Assembly (NCBI GenBank): GCA_035288165.1
Contig: DATEAU010000193.1
Coordinates: 1 to 29,000 of the forward strand
Origin: Candidatus Bathyarchaeia archaeon
GTDB lineage: Archaea > Thermoproteota > Bathyarchaeia > Bathyarchaeales > Bathycorpusculaceae
Reading direction: 5' to 3'
DNA: 29,000 nt
Shown here: one piece after another, positions 25,486 through 29,000 of the stretch
Numbering within the stretch: position 1 is the stretch's first letter
How the letters are laid out: every line of letters starts with the position of its first letter
The notes under the pieces: generated by a model
What the model was told of the DNA's origin: nothing
Database searches by the model: none
The model's input: the letters and a program-made list of their open reading frames with translations, nothing else
Made by a program: the position numbers and the translations under genes

Positions 25486-25502
25486 TTTGATTGAGAATCA
25501 AA
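25486..25502. promoter_or_regulatory. Perfect inverted repeat TTTGATT-GAG-AATCAAA upstream of the ferredoxin gene
   Basis: 7-bp arms with a 3-nt spacer, 19-35 nt upstream of the ferredoxin ATG at 25467. Confidence 0.4.
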
Positions 25503-25528
25503 TAGTAAAATAAAAGCGTTTAGGTTAG

Positions 25529-27268
25529 CTAACGAATTTCCTCACGTAGTCTCAGAAGGATACCGTTGATTGCGGATTCAGCTTTTTCTTTTCGTTTGCG
25601 GAGGTCGTCCAAAGTTTGCTTGTACTCTTCAAGAGGAATTTCACCTGTTCTATGGCGAGCTTCGGCGTTTCTTATGTTTGCTTCGATCTTGTTGAGTTCG
25701 GTTTCTGTAGCATCAAGTTGCTTAACGAGGTTTGCGTAATTGCCGCCGGCGTTGCGGAAAGCGGCCTTCAATTCATTTATTTGCCTGGATAGGGAGTCGA
25801 AGCGAAGCTCTAATGCTCTGCGCTGCACTTTGTACTGGCGTCTCGGGATCTTGCCTTTCTGAGCTCTGGCCACCAAGGACTTTAATTCTTGAGATATTTT
25901 GCTTCTTTCCTCGTAAGCTTCGACGAAAGCTCTAACATGATCTCGGCTGAAACTCGCGGATAACTTAGGCACTTGCATCTTCGGCGGCGCATGAGGCTTG
26001 GGTCTCCGCAAGAAAGCACCAACCACGATTCCCACAGCAGCAAGAGCCCAAACCCATAGGGTGGGACGAAGAGAAAGCCATAGGGGGTTATAGTCGTAGG
26101 CGAACTGTAGAACGTTCTCGATGGGAACATCGCGGTCTATGTAGCTTACGCCTTCCCGATTAATTCTCAAGGTTTCTTGAAAGAGTTCCCTGTCCAAACT
26201 TGAATAAGGGTCTGCCGAGGAGAGCGAAGGCATCACGATGTGGGCGCCTTCAGGAGGAACGATGCTGACGGAAGCGATGTATACATAGTAGCTTAAATAA
26301 GGAAAAAGTTCAAGTTCCGAAGCAAAACGCGTCTGTTCAGGAGGCAAAATCGGGAAGCTGTAATCGATCTCGATAGTCCCAGATTGACCGCCGCGCAATG
26401 CCCCCAACAATGTCACGTTAACTGGCACAACTATGGGGTTGCGGCTATCCGAAAGAATTTGCACTGCCAGCGCTCTGCCAAAATCGTCTTTTCCAGCAAT
26501 GTTGAAAGCGTTAGCTGGTACATCTAGCTTAAGCGAGCCGATTTCGTCGGTTGAGTTATTGACGATGCGGTAACTGTCTGAAACAGCTATTTCGCCAGCA
26601 GGACCCAAAGTTACAACTCGGTTGAGCGAAGTGATGGCTATTTGCCGAACTAAAGCGGCAGGGATGTTAAGGTTCGCAGTTGCAGGGAAATAAGCTAAAG
26701 CTGGCAAGTTTTCTTTTACAAAAGTTATCTTTGAAACGACGCCATCGTTTTTCGTGACGTTGAAAAGCGTGGAACCCTCAGGCAAGATCAGGGTTACGTT
26801 GGAGCGGGAAGCTGCCTGCGCCAGACTGGGGTACGCTGGGAAGTCAAGGCTGAAGCCTTCGGCGGTTTTGGTTAAAAGGTTGTTTGCAAGGATGAAAACG
26901 ACTGTGAAGACTTGTGGGGAGCCTTCTGGGAAGGTAACTTCGGTGCCGTAGAAGCCGCTTTGGTCGCCAAGTCGTACTCCCAAGTTCATCGGATAAACCT
27001 GGTCTGTACTGAATGCCACGGCTTTGAGAAGGTAAGCGCCGTACTTGTAGGGAAAACCAATTAGGAAACCTCCGGTTATTTGACCACTCACGGTAAAGGT
27101 GTCACGTATTACGACGTTTCCCGAGTACATGATTTCGATTTGATGTTCAACGTTCTGTATCGTATAGCCAGCTGCCTGAGCGGAAGCGGTTTTGATTCCG
27201 AAGGAAACGGATGAGAGAACAGCTAGTAATAGAACGGCGAGAATGAGGATGGAAGTGACCTTTTTCAA
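25529..27268 (-). CDS. Ribophorin I (RPN1/OST1)-like type I membrane glycoprotein
   Basis: 579 aa: signal peptide, duplicated beta-rich extracellular region, one TM helix (LWVWALAAVGIVVGAFL) and a cytoplasmic coiled-coil domain. ITSLNRVV..GEIAV, VPANA…KDDFG, LRGGQ…Y, PPEGA and YDYN..L…P line up with ribophorin I motifs. Confidence 0.7.
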   Translation of the reverse strand: MKKVTSILILAVLLLAVLSSVSFGIKTASAQAAGYTIQNVEHQIEIMYSGNVVIRDTFTVSGQITGGFLIGFPYKYGAYLLKAVAFSTDQVYPMNLGVRLGDQSGFYGTEVTFPEGSPQVFTVVFILANNLLTKTAEGFSLDFPAYPSLAQAASRSNVTLILPEGSTLFNVTKNDGVVSKITFVKENLPALAYFPATANLNIPAALVRQIAITSLNRVVTLGPAGEIAVSDSYRIVNNSTDEIGSLKLDVPANAFNIAGKDDFGRALAVQILSDSRNPIVVPVNVTLLGALRGGQSGTIEIDYSFPILPPEQTRFASELELFPYLSYYVYIASVSIVPPEGAHIVMPSLSSADPYSSLDRELFQETLRINREGVSYIDRDVPIENVLQFAYDYNPLWLSLRPTLWVWALAAVGIVVGAFLRRPKPHAPPKMQVPKLSASFSRDHVRAFVEAYEERSKISQELKSLVARAQKGKIPRRQYKVQRRALELRFDSLSRQINELKAAFRNAGGNYANLVKQLDATETELNKIEANIRNAEARHRTGEIPLEEYKQTLDDLRKRKEKAESAINGILLRLREEIR

Positions 27269-27413
27269 CCGAATCCCTCGGATTTCAAGTTTCTCTAGTT
27301 AATATCTGACTTATTTATTTACTTTTGGAATAAGACAATTTTTAATTACTTCACACTTATTTATCGTTTAGCCAGAAAAATAAAGTCTTTTTTACGACGA
27401 AGCGGGAAGTTTT

Positions 27414-27752
27414 TCAGTAGCCACCTTGCTTGAAATAGTAGTTGTCTTCTTTCTTTGGACCGAAGCTTCTCACGCCTTTCTTCTTCAGCTGCGTTCTAAG
27501 CTGTACGGCTCGCTTCGGAGTTATTTCGCATCTTTTCTCCATGAAAGCGATTATAGTTTCCGCTTGCTCTTCCGTGTCGCATCGGCGAATAAAGTCTACA
27601 ACGGTAGGATTGAAATTGTGAAGTTTATCGCAAAACGTTTTTCCAGCCGTTTCAGAATTGATTCGGACAGCGTCAATCTTGACTTTGTTTTCTTCGCCCT
27701 CAAGCTCTTTGGATAAGTTTGGGAACATTTTCTTGAAAGATTTCTTTTCCAT
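27414..27752 (-). CDS. DUF2095 family archaeal protein
   Basis: FKKMFPNLSKELE…PTVVDFIRRCDTEEQA…GVRSFGPKKE is the typical DUF2095 pattern. ATG 27752 is preferred; an alternative lies at 27782. Confidence 0.8.
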   Translation of the reverse strand: MEKKSFKKMFPNLSKELEGEENKVKIDAVRINSETAGKTFCDKLHNFNPTVVDFIRRCDTEEQAETIIAFMEKRCEITPKRAVQLRTQLKKKGVRSFGPKKEDNYYFKQGGY

Positions 27753-27851
27753 CGCCGTGTCCGTATTAATCTTGGAATTCATCCTTAAGTGCTTTTTTCC
27801 CCTAAGAATTAAGAAATACGTTGAATGAGAAGTGAAAACGATTTAGAGTGC

Positions 27852-28469
27852 TTAATCGGGTATGAACTTTCGCACAGGGTTTTCGGCAAGGACTTTGGCT
27901 AGTTCTTGAATGTTGAGTCCTTTGATTTCATCTCCGAAAACCTCGCATTTCCTTTTTCTGTTTGCCTCCTCTGAGGTGCGCACTACGATTTCAACTGTGT
28001 GCTTGTCAGGTGTTATGACGGTAATGTGAAAGCTAGTTTCAGTTTTTCCATGTTTAGTCACCGTAGCCCACTCGGTCTTGGAAGCTTTAAAACCATGTGC
28101 CGCCAGAAGGGCTGGGATTTCCTCGGGCAAACCGTGATAGATGGCTACATCGATATCGCTTCCTCTTCGAATTGTTCCCCTCCATACGCTTCCAATCAGC
28201 AGCGGACAATAAGCCTTGAGAAAAGTCATAATTCTTAGGGCTTCTCTGCGCATCTGAACGAGACGTTCTTTTCGGGCTATGCCTTCGTTTTCTTCGGCAA
28301 TCCTATCGAGTTCGAGAGCGATTTCGCGGTTTGATGGGAGAAAGTGGACGCCGAAGGTTCTTGCAGCTTTCAGTTTAGCTTGCTTATACTCTCTTTCGGC
28401 ACCATAATAAAGAAGGGTGGCGGCTTCTGTTGCCACTCTACACTTAAGTTCATTAGGAGAGGTTTTCAA
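27852..28469 (-). CDS. Nucleotidyltransferase domain-containing protein (Pol beta superfamily) with an N-terminal helical domain
   Basis: IGSVWRG…SDIDV (GS + DxD motif) and N-terminal EAATLLY…KQAKLKAA…LPSNREI. TTG start after a GGTGA RBS. Confidence 0.8.
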   Translation of the reverse strand: MKTSPNELKCRVATEAATLLYYGAEREYKQAKLKAARTFGVHFLPSNREIALELDRIAEENEGIARKERLVQMRREALRIMTFLKAYCPLLIGSVWRGTIRRGSDIDVAIYHGLPEEIPALLAAHGFKASKTEWATVTKHGKTETSFHITVITPDKHTVEIVVRTSEEANRKRKCEVFGDEIKGLNIQELAKVLAENPVRKFIPD

Positions 28470-28493
28470 CTGTTCACCATACGCTGACGATAA

Positions 28494-29000
28494 TCAGCGC
28501 TTTAACATTTGTTCGTAAAGCACAAGTGTTTTCTCGGCGATTTTGCTCCACGTAAATTCTTGGAGAACTCTTTTTCTGCCGTTCTTTCCCAGCCATTTCC
28601 GTTTTTCAGGGCTTTCCAAAGCGCTCATTATACCCCATGCAATATCGGAGGGATTATTTGGATCTATGTGGTAACCGCATTGTTCTTCGCTGCAGCAGAT
28701 GACTATTTCGCGCATGCCGCTGACGCCTGCTGCTCCGACGACTACTGGTTTTTCCATGCTCATTGCTTCTAGAGCTACGATGCCGAAGGGTTCGTAAAAG
28801 CTCGGGAAGCACGCGATGTCGCAGGCTGCGTAGTGTTGAATTCGTTCTTCTTCTGGGATAAAGTCGAAGCGGAAACGCACGTAATCGTCCAGCCGCATGG
28901 TACGTGTTAGGTTCGTCAGGTATTCTTGGAGGTCTCCGACGCCGACGATGACTAGTTTTGCCTTTGGGTATTTGCTTAGTACGTGGGGCATTGACATGAT
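28494..29000 (-). CDS. Glycosyltransferase family 4 (GT-B), C-terminal part; the start lies beyond the window
   Basis: KLVIVGVG, DIACFPSFYEPFGIVALEAM (ExxxxxxxE motif) and FTWSKIAEKT. Confidence 0.9.
   Translation of the reverse strand: MMSMPHVLSKYPKAKLVIVGVGDLQEYLTNLTRTMRLDDYVRFRFDFIPEEERIQHYAACDIACFPSFYEPFGIVALEAMSMEKPVVVGAAGVSGMREIVICCSEEQCGYHIDPNNPSDIAWGIMSALESPEKRKWLGKNGRKRVLQEFTWSKIAEKTLVLYEQMLKR

Noticed and set aside
27414-28469. Nucleotidyltransferase + DUF2095 as an MNT-HEPN toxin-antitoxin pair
   Set aside because: The DUF2095 protein shows no HEPN RxxxxH motif, and the NTase is about twice the size of a minimal MNT.
1-29000. tRNA, rRNA, CRISPR arrays, integrases and transposases
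   Set aside because: By eye I found no cloverleaf/T-loop motifs, regularly spaced repeats or recombinase motifs in the intergenic regions. A tRNAscan-SE/Infernal run would be needed to exclude small RNAs.

Overview
Archaeal genomic window, most likely Bathyarchaeia (inferred from Hel308, DUF354, DUF2095, GGTGA/GGAGG ribosome-binding sites and overall protein style; not database-checked). It has four blocks. (1) 1-1816, minus strand: partial sudB/nfnA, trxB and a TMEM165/GDT1 cation antiporter. (2) 1974-16485: a surface-glycan locus with a C-terminally short nucleotide-sugar dehydrogenase, DUF354, an inverted GT2, an AT-richer cassette (WsaF-like rhamnosyltransferase, SAM methyltransferase, B12-binding radical SAM), a complete rmlACBD dTDP-L-rhamnose pathway, a deacetylase-like/FemAB-like fusion and a flippase. 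(3) 16505-19828, minus strand: an unusual sulfur/Fe-S operon with an IscS-like protein missing several catalytic residues, IscU, an intact SufS that has no canonical start codon, and a small single-Cys protein. (4) 20097-29000: hel308, purB, an AsnB lacking its catalytic Cys, a ferredoxin, a type I membrane protein that aligns by eye motif by motif with eukaryotic ribophorin I (RPN1/OST1), DUF2095, a nucleotidyltransferase and a partial GT4. I found no rRNA, tRNA, CRISPR array or mobile element. All family calls come from motif recognition by eye and need HMM or structure confirmation.
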